The notes beneath the pieces are model-generated. The model was given only the letters and a program-made list of their open reading frames with translations. It was not told the origin of the DNA and made no database searches. Below, one piece after another: positions 8,824 to 16,413 of a stretch of DNA of 24,191 nucleotides. Origin of the DNA: an uncultured Planctomycetales bacterium (GTDB lineage Bacteria; Planctomycetota; Phycisphaerae; UBA1845; JAFGLZ01). The stretch covers positions 1-24,191 of the forward strand of contig CAYOGX010000001.1 of NCBI GenBank assembly GCA_964403235.1, in the 5' to 3' direction. The first letter of the stretch is position 1; the number at the start of each line of letters is the position of its first letter. A program made the position numbers and the translations under genes.

Positions 8824-10799
8824 CAGCGCTTGTCCGCCGGCCTGGTCGTCGTACTGGGCTGGGTGGCCGTCGGCTTGGGGGCCTTAATGACCATGTGGAT
8901 CACTGCGGCGGTGACGCCAATCCCCGTAAGGACCGCCGGGGGGCTGACCACCGGCGTCGGCAGCGGCAACGGGCTATGGGAGACCCCAAGCACCCCCTGA
9001 TCGCCGGGGGCCACGCTCGCCACCATGCCGAACAGATGCCGCTCGAACGTCTGCGCCCTGGGCCAGTAGGAGACGTCCACCTCGAAGCCGGCCTTGGCCA
9101 GCTCCCCTGCCAGGACCGACGCCACCGGCAGGAGGAGCCGGTACAGCGGCCCGAGGAGGTCTTTCGTGTCGACGTATCCGACCAAGATGGCGTTGTCGGG
9201 CAGCCGTTTCCGTTGCGCCGCGAAATCCGGGTTCTTCAGGATCGAACCGGCCGCCAGCGCGTCGCCGCCCGCGCCCAGCCGTTCGAGGGTCGACGCGACG
9301 ATCTGCGGATACAGCCCGATCACGAGGTGCCGCCCGGCCGTCCCCCACGCCGGCGCGATGAGCCTGTAGGGATCGTCGTACTTGGCGTCGACGAAGTGGA
9401 CGGTCTGACCGCCGGCGGTCTTGTAGGTGGGCAGCTTGACCCGCGTACCGCCCATGGCCTTGACGATCGCCCGGGCCAGCGCCGTCATCGACCGTTCCGC
9501 ATGCGCGGCGTCCTTGGTCTCGATCACCAACGTCAATCCCATCCCCCAGATCCCGCCGCTGCTCGACGCGTTGTACAGGCACCACCCGTCGTCGAGCGGC
9601 GCAAGCAGATCGTCGACCAACTTGACCCCGGCCGTCTCTTCGCACTCCGCCAGCGCATCCTGCCAACCCTCGTGCATGTTCGGGTCGATTTCCTTCAGGG
9701 CCGACATCATCTCTTGATACAGACCGTGCAGGTCGAGGTTGACCGCGCAGAACAGGTTCGCGTCGCGCGGCACGACGGCCAGGTCGGCGTCCGTGAGGAG
9801 CTTCTGCTGGTAGAGCGTCATCAGGCCCCCCTTCGCGCCCGGTGCGTGCAGATACGAGGAGAATCGGAAGCCATTGTCGGCCAGGCTGACCGTGCCGGAC
9901 AGTGACTTAAACTTTCGCAGCCCCAGCGTCCGGATGGACCGGCCGACCAACACGCCCAGCGACCGCCGGCCCTTGTTCTTCCTGCCGCCCTCGGTGGCCT
10001 GTTGCAGGTCGATGATGGTGGCCACCAGCGGCAGACGACGGACGATCTCGGCGATGCTGAGATGCCAATTCAGCACGACCGTGCCGGGCTGCCCGGCCAG
10101 GCCCTTGCGGGCGGCGGCGAAGTCCTCGTCCTCGATCAGCGGCTTGATCTCCGACTTGCCCGTCAGCGAGTCGATGACTTTCTTCGGCGTGGTCCTGCCG
10201 GCCGTCACGATGAAGTACTCGCCGACGCGCCCCCAGGTCAGCAGCGGCATCCCCCCGCCGGGCGAGAACTGCGTCAGCTCGAGCTCGCCGATCGTCACGG
10301 GCTTCAACGGCGACTCGCCGCCCTCGGGCGTCTCGAACAGCGCGCCCTGTAGCGGCTTGAGCGCCGCCTCGAACCGCTCCGCGTCCGAACCGAGATGCCA
10401 CGCGGCCGCCGCCTGCACGTCGACGCCGTCCGTCTTGAGGACGAAGCGCATGAGGTTGACGGCCCCCGGGTGGCGCCACAGCATCCCGAGGACGTCCATC
10501 AACGGTCCGTGGAGCTGGGCGGCATCGCCTTTGCTCATTTCCTGCTTGATCAATGCCTTGGCCCGTGGGCAGACCGCCTCGCAGAGCCGTGCGAACTCCG
10601 GTTCGGCCATCATTCGGCCCAGGGCGGTCCTCTGGTAGGCCGGTCCGGCGGCCTCGGCGCCCCGCCAGCCGATGTACAAGACCGATGGGCCGGGCAGCAC
10701 CTTGGCCAGATCGGTGTCGGCCGCGCGGGCCCGTCCCGCGCCAGACAGGACCAACCCCAACGCGAGGGATACGATGACAACGCGAGTCGTGCTCAGCAT
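8823..10799 (-). CDS. Exported hypothetical protein, DUF3352-like (inferred), with a possible C-terminal membrane anchor, 658 aa
   Basis: GGAGG RBS; signal peptide RVVIVSLALGLVLSGAGRARA; N-terminus TDLAKVLPGPSVLYIGWRG; Pro-rich linker then hydrophobic VLTGIGVTAAVIHMVI near the C-terminus. Confidence 0.75.
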   Translation of the reverse strand: MLSTTRVVIVSLALGLVLSGAGRARAADTDLAKVLPGPSVLYIGWRGAEAAGPAYQRTALGRMMAEPEFARLCEAVCPRAKALIKQEMSKGDAAQLHGPLMDVLGMLWRHPGAVNLMRFVLKTDGVDVQAAAAWHLGSDAERFEAALKPLQGALFETPEGGESPLKPVTIGELELTQFSPGGGMPLLTWGRVGEYFIVTAGRTTPKKVIDSLTGKSEIKPLIEDEDFAAARKGLAGQPGTVVLNWHLSIAEIVRRLPLVATIIDLQQATEGGRKNKGRRSLGVLVGRSIRTLGLRKFKSLSGTVSLADNGFRFSSYLHAPGAKGGLMTLYQQKLLTDADLAVVPRDANLFCAVNLDLHGLYQEMMSALKEIDPNMHEGWQDALAECEETAGVKLVDDLLAPLDDGWCLYNASSSGGIWGMGLTLVIETKDAAHAERSMTALARAIVKAMGGTRVKLPTYKTAGGQTVHFVDAKYDDPYRLIAPAWGTAGRHLVIGLYPQIVASTLERLGAGGDALAAGSILKNPDFAAQRKRLPDNAILVGYVDTKDLLGPLYRLLLPVASVLAGELAKAGFEVDVSYWPRAQTFERHLFGMVASVAPGDQGVLGVSHSPLPLPTPVVSPPAVLTGIGVTAAVIHMVIKAPKPTATQPSTTTRPADKR

Positions 10800-10850
10800 G
10801 GCAACGGACCTCCAACAGGCTGGATCAAACTCCCCGATCGGGTGGCCGTT

Positions 10851-10879
10851 ATCCTAGCGCCCAAGGCCCGTTCGTGCAA
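10851..10879 (-). promoter_or_regulatory. Candidate sigma70 promoter for the 10799-6568 operon
   Basis: The minus strand reads TTGCAC-17 nt-TAGGAT, about 50 nt upstream of the start codon. Confidence 0.55.
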
Positions 10880-10961
10880 CCGACATTGATCCGAGGGCGC
10901 GTCATGGATGTACCGGGTCGGGTGACGGGGTCAAGGCGCGGTGGGGTGCCATCGGCGCCCG

Positions 10962-11681
10962 TCATCGGGGCGTGGGGCGCGATCGACGCGACGCCGCGTG
11001 ATCGCGTTTACGTTTGGTGCCCGGCTCGTCAACCTCGAGCACGGCGCGGACGGGCGTTCCCATCGCGCCGCGGATCTTCAGCGGAAACGCGAACAGCCGC
11101 ACCCGGATGAAGTCGTGCCGGTACACGTTGCAGACCGGCGCGAGCAGATACGGGACGCTCGCCCAAAACTCAGGCCACGGGAACGTGGGCTCCGGAACGT
11201 AGTCGAAGCGGGGAAAGTCGGCGGCGAGACATCGGATGCGACGCGAGAACAGCCACAACGCAGCGCCTCGACTGATATACGGGCTCGCCTCGATGAAGTA
11301 CTTGGGGTCGTGCCAGTGCGCGTCCCATCCGGTGGCGATGATGACGGCGTCGTCAGGCTCGATCGCGACGCCGGCCTCCTCGAGCTCCTCGAGCCGGACG
11401 GGGTCTCCCGCTTCCTTCTCGTCGACGCGCAGGATGACGGCGTTCATGACGAACTCGTCGACGGGACACGCGCTCACGGGCGTGCCCGATCGGTCGACGT
11501 GCGCCTTGGTCTCGATGTACGTCCCGCTCTGCCCGCCGATGTCGAACCGCTGGCAGTAGACCTTGTGATCCGCGGGCAGCTCGGGCGGATGGGGACACTC
11601 CGTGATGGTCGCGCCGGGATAGACCGACGAGTACGACCACATGCCGTTCTCGATCCAGCCTGTGATGTCGACGTATCGCAT
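10962..11681 (-). CDS. Cyclase family (kynurenine formamidase/KynB-like fold) protein with non-canonical metal motif
   Basis: YVDITGWIENGM N-terminus, QSGTYIETKAH at the HxGTHxDxPxH position, DAVIIATGW, AADFPRFD, and FAFPLKIRGAMGTPVRAV C-terminal motif. Confidence 0.85.
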   Translation of the reverse strand: MRYVDITGWIENGMWSYSSVYPGATITECPHPPELPADHKVYCQRFDIGGQSGTYIETKAHVDRSGTPVSACPVDEFVMNAVILRVDEKEAGDPVRLEELEEAGVAIEPDDAVIIATGWDAHWHDPKYFIEASPYISRGAALWLFSRRIRCLAADFPRFDYVPEPTFPWPEFWASVPYLLAPVCNVYRHDFIRVRLFAFPLKIRGAMGTPVRAVLEVDEPGTKRKRDHAASRRSRPTPR

Positions 11682-11686
11682 CGGAC

Positions 11687-13123
11687 CTACATCGCGTCCA
11701 ACAGGGCCTCGAACCGGGCGGCGACGTTCCGCAGGTCGCCGGTCCGTGCGTTGGGTGTGGTCAGCACCATTGGACCACCGAAGCTGGCGCAGCGGAGGAT
11801 GGAGATCATCTCCTTGACCTCGGCGTTGCCGTGGGCCAGCGGCTGTACGACACCGTCGTTGCAGGCGTCCTCGACGTCGAGCTGGTCGACGAATCGCCGG
11901 AGCTTCTGTTTGTAGCTGTAAAGGAACGGTGCCTCGCCGGCCCGCGCGAAGTTCGCGCCGTTGAACGTGAACCCCACGTCGGCGCCGGTCTCACGCAGCG
12001 CCAGCAGCATCCGCGACGCCATCAGGCTGCCCTGGACGCCGTTGTACAGGGAAAGCCTCAACCCGCGCTCTGACGCGAGGGTCGCGTGCTCCTGTGCTTC
12101 GGCCGACAGGGGCAGCACGATCCGGTCGACCTGGTTGTCGACGGCAGCGTCCATGAATCGGGCCACCGACTCGGGAACCGACGCGCACCGCAATGCGGTC
12201 ACGTGGCATTCGCCCTTGCGGAGGGCCTGCACCGTCGTCCGCAGGTCGTCGGCGGCGAGCCTGTGGACGGGTCGGCCCTGGACGAGGTCCAGCTCGATGT
12301 GGCCGACGCCGCTTGCCCGGAGGTTCTCAATCATCTCCGGCACGTACCGGCCCGCCAGGCCGCTGGCCGCGACTACCGTGAACGCCTCGCGGCCGAATCG
12401 CTCGCGCCGGAGCGCCGCGCGCTGGGCGACGCAATCGGCGCAGTTGGGATTCTCGCACAACACGAAGGCGGGATCGGCGCGGCCCGCCTCCAGACAGACG
12501 TCGATCAGGTCTTGGCTCTTCATCAGCCGGACAACCGAGCTGCCGATCCGCCCAACCCGCAGCACGCCCTTCTCGCGCAACAGCGGGTCCAGGCCCACGA
12601 AGTCCCGGTGCGGGCCGGGGAACCGTCGGATCGTCCGGGTGACCTCGCCCTCGTCGGTCATGAAGGTCTTGGTCCGGTCGGTCAAGTAGGGCGGTTGGAG
12701 CATTTCCTCCGCCGTGTGTAGCGTCGTGCTGCGGTCCTGGTCCACGCCGAGTAGACAGACGTACCCGCCGCGTTCGGCGATGCGCATGTAGGGCGTGTCT
12801 TCGGCGTGTGCGGTTTCGGCCTTCCAGTGGTCTTTGCAGAGCGCCTCGGCGGCCGCGCCGATGGCGGCCACGCTGGCCAGAGGATGGACGCTCCGCACCG
12901 ACCGCGGGTCGTCGCGGACCGCCTCCGTGATGACGCCCAGCGCGCCGAACGTCGGCACGACCAACGTTCCCCGTTCGCCCAGCACGGACAGGAACGCGTC
13001 GACGACGGTCCGCGCGCCGCCCTCGACGAAGCCAAGACTGGACAGCGAGCTGTGGAGCAACACGACGTCGCCTTCGCGGAGCCCCAGGTCGCGCAGTCCT
13101 CGTTCGATCTGATCCCGCGTCAT
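11687..13123 (-). CDS. AAC(3)/Antibiotic_NAT-family N-acetyltransferase fused to a C-terminal xylose-isomerase-like (AP endonuclease 2) TIM barrel, 478 aa
   Basis: ATG at 13123 with GAGGG upstream. GDVVLLHSSLSSLG, GTLVVPTF, RSVHPLASVAAIG and LLGVDQDRSTTLHTAEE are AAC(3) motifs. After residue ~243 come GVGHIELD...HVTAL...VGFTFNGANF...PLAHGNAEVKEMISIL, which fit an AP_endonuc_2-type barrel. Confidence 0.85.
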   Translation of the reverse strand: MTRDQIERGLRDLGLREGDVVLLHSSLSSLGFVEGGARTVVDAFLSVLGERGTLVVPTFGALGVITEAVRDDPRSVRSVHPLASVAAIGAAAEALCKDHWKAETAHAEDTPYMRIAERGGYVCLLGVDQDRSTTLHTAEEMLQPPYLTDRTKTFMTDEGEVTRTIRRFPGPHRDFVGLDPLLREKGVLRVGRIGSSVVRLMKSQDLIDVCLEAGRADPAFVLCENPNCADCVAQRAALRRERFGREAFTVVAASGLAGRYVPEMIENLRASGVGHIELDLVQGRPVHRLAADDLRTTVQALRKGECHVTALRCASVPESVARFMDAAVDNQVDRIVLPLSAEAQEHATLASERGLRLSLYNGVQGSLMASRMLLALRETGADVGFTFNGANFARAGEAPFLYSYKQKLRRFVDQLDVEDACNDGVVQPLAHGNAEVKEMISILRCASFGGPMVLTTPNARTGDLRNVAARFEALLDAM

Positions 13124-13216
13124 TCGCGGCCCTCGGTGAAGACGTGGCCCTTGGGCCTCGTCGACGGACCACAAGTAACATCCGCAACGCGTGTTCGTCA
13201 ACCGCTTGGGTGTCCT

Positions 13217-13233
13217 TCGGCATCGCACTTGCT
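13217..13233 (+). promoter_or_regulatory. Candidate sigma54 (-24/-12) promoter upstream of the GT87-like gene
   Basis: TCGGCATCGCACTTGCT has GG-N10-GC spacing with a perfect TTGCT -12 element. Confidence 0.35.
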
Positions 13234-13393
13234 CCGTGGTTTGTTGAAAGCTATAACCCCGTGCAAGCAGAGGCAGGCGGTGCCTGCCGCGTCCTACCCG
13301 AAGGGCCGGCCAACCGTGCCGGCAGACCAGTTGCCGGGTCGGTGCGTTGGCGTGTCACGGAATTCGACGGCTGCAATGGGCGATCGCGAAGAC

Positions 13394-14719
13394 ATGTCGC
13401 AAAAGGCGGTCGGCGAGAATCGCGCTTCGACGGGGCCATCGGGCCTCCCTCGTCAGCGTTGGATCAAGGTCGTCGTCGCGGTATCGCTCGTGGGCTTCTG
13501 CGCCGTGAACACCCGCAATTTCGTCAAGAAGGTGAACGCCGGGAAGTCCACGCTGAAGATCTGGTTGCCGTGTGCGGCCGAGATCGGGCGCGACGAGCTT
13601 CTGTACACCCACCACCGGAACTACATCTATCCGCCCTGGTACTTGGTCGTGATCCGCCCGTTGACGTACGTGTCGAGAACGGCGGCGGCCATCATCTGGC
13701 AGATGATGAAGTACGCGGCGGTGGGGGCGATCTTCTGGTTGGTTTGGGACCTGCTGTCGCGGGACGGGCCGCTGCCGACGTGGGCGAAGCTCGGTTCGGT
13801 CGTCATGAGCGCGCGGTTCATCCTCAACGATCTGGGGCACGGCAACGTCAACCTGTTTATCTGTCTGCTGGTGGTTTTGGCGGTGTGGCTGTTGGCGCGG
13901 GGGCGGTTGATTGCCTGTGGGGTTGCGGTGGCGGTAGCCGCGTGCATCAAGATCACGCCCGCCTTGTGGGCCGTGTACCTGTTGTACAAGCGGCAGTGGC
14001 GAGCGCTGGTGGGGGTCGTGATCGGTGTCGTGATCTGTCTGGAGCTCGTACCGCTCATGCTCCTGTCGCCGGCGATGAACCACGCGTTGCTGCGGCGCTG
14101 GTACGCGCACGTGATCACTCCTTACGTGTCGAAGGGACAGGTCTACTCGACCCGAATCAACCAGTCGATGGCGGGGGTGACGAATCGCCTGTTGGGTCGG
14201 AGCGAATGGGCGCCGCGCGACGAGCCGATCGCGCTGGTCGATCTGGACGATGAGACCCTCAAGTGGGTCCAGCGCGGGATTGGGTTCGCCGTGATCGCGA
14301 TGTTGGCGTGGTTCTGTCGAGGGGCATTGCCCGAGCCGGACCGGTTGGCGTTGGCGGTCGAGTGGTCGCTGGTGGCCGCAACGACGCTCGTCCTGTCGGG
14401 GTACACGTGGACGGGTCATTTCTGTCTGCTCATCCTCGCCCACGTGGCGGTGTTGGCGTATCTGGCGAGGCGTGGGGAGCAACGTATCGACCGGCAGGTC
14501 CTGGTCCTGACGATCATTGCCTTGGCGCTGTGCTCGTTGACCAGCGATCTGATCACGCCTGCGGGCCGGCGATGGGCGGCCGCGGTCGGTCTGATGCTCT
14601 ACGGTGTACTGGCGCTGGCGGCCGCGCTGGTGTTGATCCGCGAGCGCCGTCGTCCCTCGGCAGTGGCGCGTGACAGCACCCATTCGCGTTCGGGACGCGG
14701 GGGCTCGGAAGGGCGTTGA
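13394..14719 (+). CDS. Glycosyltransferase family 87 / DUF2029 multi-pass membrane protein; start could be 13376
   Basis: YIYPPWYLVVIRPL, GNVNLFICLLVVL, AACIKITPALW and NQSMAG motifs, with many hydrophobic helices. The ORF-track extension to 12806 overlaps the opposite-strand gene and is not credible. Confidence 0.85.
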   Translation: MSQKAVGENRASTGPSGLPRQRWIKVVVAVSLVGFCAVNTRNFVKKVNAGKSTLKIWLPCAAEIGRDELLYTHHRNYIYPPWYLVVIRPLTYVSRTAAAIIWQMMKYAAVGAIFWLVWDLLSRDGPLPTWAKLGSVVMSARFILNDLGHGNVNLFICLLVVLAVWLLARGRLIACGVAVAVAACIKITPALWAVYLLYKRQWRALVGVVIGVVICLELVPLMLLSPAMNHALLRRWYAHVITPYVSKGQVYSTRINQSMAGVTNRLLGRSEWAPRDEPIALVDLDDETLKWVQRGIGFAVIAMLAWFCRGALPEPDRLALAVEWSLVAATTLVLSGYTWTGHFCLLILAHVAVLAYLARRGEQRIDRQVLVLTIIALALCSLTSDLITPAGRRWAAAVGLMLYGVLALAAALVLIRERRRPSAVARDSTHSRSGRGGSEGR

Positions 14720-14726
14720 CGGCGGG

Positions 14727-15224
14727 CTACGTCGGCCTTCGGGGATCATGGTTGGCATGCTCGTCCAGCCACTCTTGTAGCATGTCGGCCTTGGCGGTCC
14801 TGCCGAGCCTGCGATAGGCCTGGCATTCGTATTCCAGCGACAGAACGGGGACGGCCAATCCATCGAGGTCGACGAAACGGCGGTGCTCGGACACGTCGAC
14901 GCGGTCTTCCCATTTCCCATCCGGGAGGCGTTTCTGAATCGCCCCCATGATTTCGACGCTCACGCCATCGATGCACAACTCGCCGAAATGGGAACGGATC
15001 GTCTCGGTGGACGAGAACTGGACCTTTCGAACGACGTGATCCGAGAAGCAGCGCTCGATCTCGTACGCGCCCGGTTCGTCGGTTTGGATGTCGATGTCAT
15101 GGACCGCCACTTCAACGCCCTGGAGCGCCTGGCCGAGGCTGCCAGTAACCGCCCAGGTCGTCTCAGTGCCGCTCAGGTGGGAACAGATGCATCCAACAAC
15201 GTCAATGAAGCGCGGGTCGATCAT
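14727..15224 (-). CDS. Small nucleotidyltransferase-superfamily protein (Pol-beta-like GS + DxD), 165 aa
   Basis: WAVTGSLGQALQG...HDIDIQTD (hG[GS] motif plus DxD) and a third acidic residue in VSVEIMG. The start is taken at MIDPRF. Confidence 0.75.
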   Translation of the reverse strand: MIDPRFIDVVGCICSHLSGTETTWAVTGSLGQALQGVEVAVHDIDIQTDEPGAYEIERCFSDHVVRKVQFSSTETIRSHFGELCIDGVSVEIMGAIQKRLPDGKWEDRVDVSEHRRFVDLDGLAVPVLSLEYECQAYRRLGRTAKADMLQEWLDEHANHDPRRPT

Positions 15225-15256
15225 CTCGATCCCCGACGACGGCACGACAGGCGGCG

Positions 15257-16264
15257 TCACTTGTCCGGGGCCGCGACGGGGGCGGGTCCGTCCGGGAAGT
15301 CGCGTCGCCATCGCTTGCGAAGCTCGTTGAGCGTTCCGGCGAACCAATAGATCTTTCCGCGGACGGCCCGCTTGGCGTTCGGCGGTATGGGCCCGACGTT
15401 TACGATGCTGTGCAGGCAGTCGGCCGGGTGATGGTCACTCACGTGGGACGTTCGCTGCCAGTAGATGCCGCAGACCCAGGTCCGCTCCCTGTTCGTTCGC
15501 GTGACCAGGCCGTTGTCGATCTGCTCGAGCATGCGGGCCTTGTAGGGTCCGACGGTGAGCATCGCTGCCAGGTCCCCACCGCTGCGCTCGGTGTCGACGC
15601 GGACGCCAAGGGGCGTCCGCGCGCCGACGGGCGATGACGTGGCCGGCAGGGCCTGCCACGTGCGTTTTCGAAGCACGTATGTGAGGCTCGTCTTGGCGGG
15701 CTTGTCCTTTTCGTGTCGCCGCCACAGATCGTATTCGCTGAAGGCGGGTGTCTGGGCGATGGTCCGCCGCCAGGCGGCGTTCGTCGTGCCGCTCATTCGG
15801 AAGCACTGCTGGATGCCGTAGTAAGCATTGAGCCCGGCCTGGTCGGTCTGAACGACGAGGAGCAGATCGATGCCGTCAGCCACGGGCGCCATGTAGAACG
15901 TCCATTGCTGCGGCACCCAGCCCTTGTCATCCACGCGAAGCTCGTTCTTCAGCACGCCCGGTCGCTTGCCGAAACGCCGCTCGAGCTCGGCCATCTCGGC
16001 GGGATCGATCCCTGCCCGCTCATTGTCGTCGGGCACCTGGCCGTGCACGATCGGCGTGTGTTCGTGGAATCGGTACCCGATCCGGTTGTCGGGATGGCGC
16101 CGGTTGGTGAACGTGGCGAAGCCGTTGCCCCTGGCGAGCTTGGCCATGATCGGTGAGTCAGCGGACATGTTGGCACCCGATGCCGATCCCCACGCGCACG
16201 TCGTCAGCAGCGCAACCAGCGGGACGGTGCGGTGGCGAAGGGGACGTTCATTGTGTTCGCCCAT
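15257..16264 (-). CDS. Uncharacterised exported protein, 335 aa
   Basis: GAGG RBS, signal-like RTVPLVALLTTCAWGSASGA, GC3-biased codons and a beta-rich composition. No family recognised with confidence. Confidence 0.7.
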   Translation of the reverse strand: MGEHNERPLRHRTVPLVALLTTCAWGSASGANMSADSPIMAKLARGNGFATFTNRRHPDNRIGYRFHEHTPIVHGQVPDDNERAGIDPAEMAELERRFGKRPGVLKNELRVDDKGWVPQQWTFYMAPVADGIDLLLVVQTDQAGLNAYYGIQQCFRMSGTTNAAWRRTIAQTPAFSEYDLWRRHEKDKPAKTSLTYVLRKRTWQALPATSSPVGARTPLGVRVDTERSGGDLAAMLTVGPYKARMLEQIDNGLVTRTNRERTWVCGIYWQRTSHVSDHHPADCLHSIVNVGPIPPNAKRAVRGKIYWFAGTLNELRKRWRRDFPDGPAPVAAPDK

Positions 16265-16413
16265 GGTCGCGTTCCTCGTCAGACAACCCGGACGCCAGTC
16301 GGTTCGAGCCGCTGACCCGACGCCGGGACACCCGAGCTTGCCGGGCCATCTCTACTGATGTACGGTGCACCCGACGCGTGCCCTGTGTGCCATTCCAACG
16401 GGAGAGACGATCC

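Noticed and set aside
10923-11006. Two GC-rich hairpins (TGACGGG/CCCGTCA; CGCGATC..ACGCG/CGCGT..GATCGCG) around the cyclase gene end
   Set aside because: There is no U-tract on the minus strand, one hairpin lies inside the CDS, and such stems are common at this GC content. Not called as a terminator.
12806-13393. N-terminal extension of the GT87 ORF (637 aa in the track)
   Set aside because: It overlaps the opposite-strand AAC(3)-fusion gene and the divergent promoter region, and does not resemble GT87.
11687-15224. Interpreting the aac(3)-like and NTase genes as an acquired antibiotic-resistance island
   Set aside because: There is no integron, IS or integrase, composition resembles the flanks, and both proteins are distant, architecture-altered homologues.
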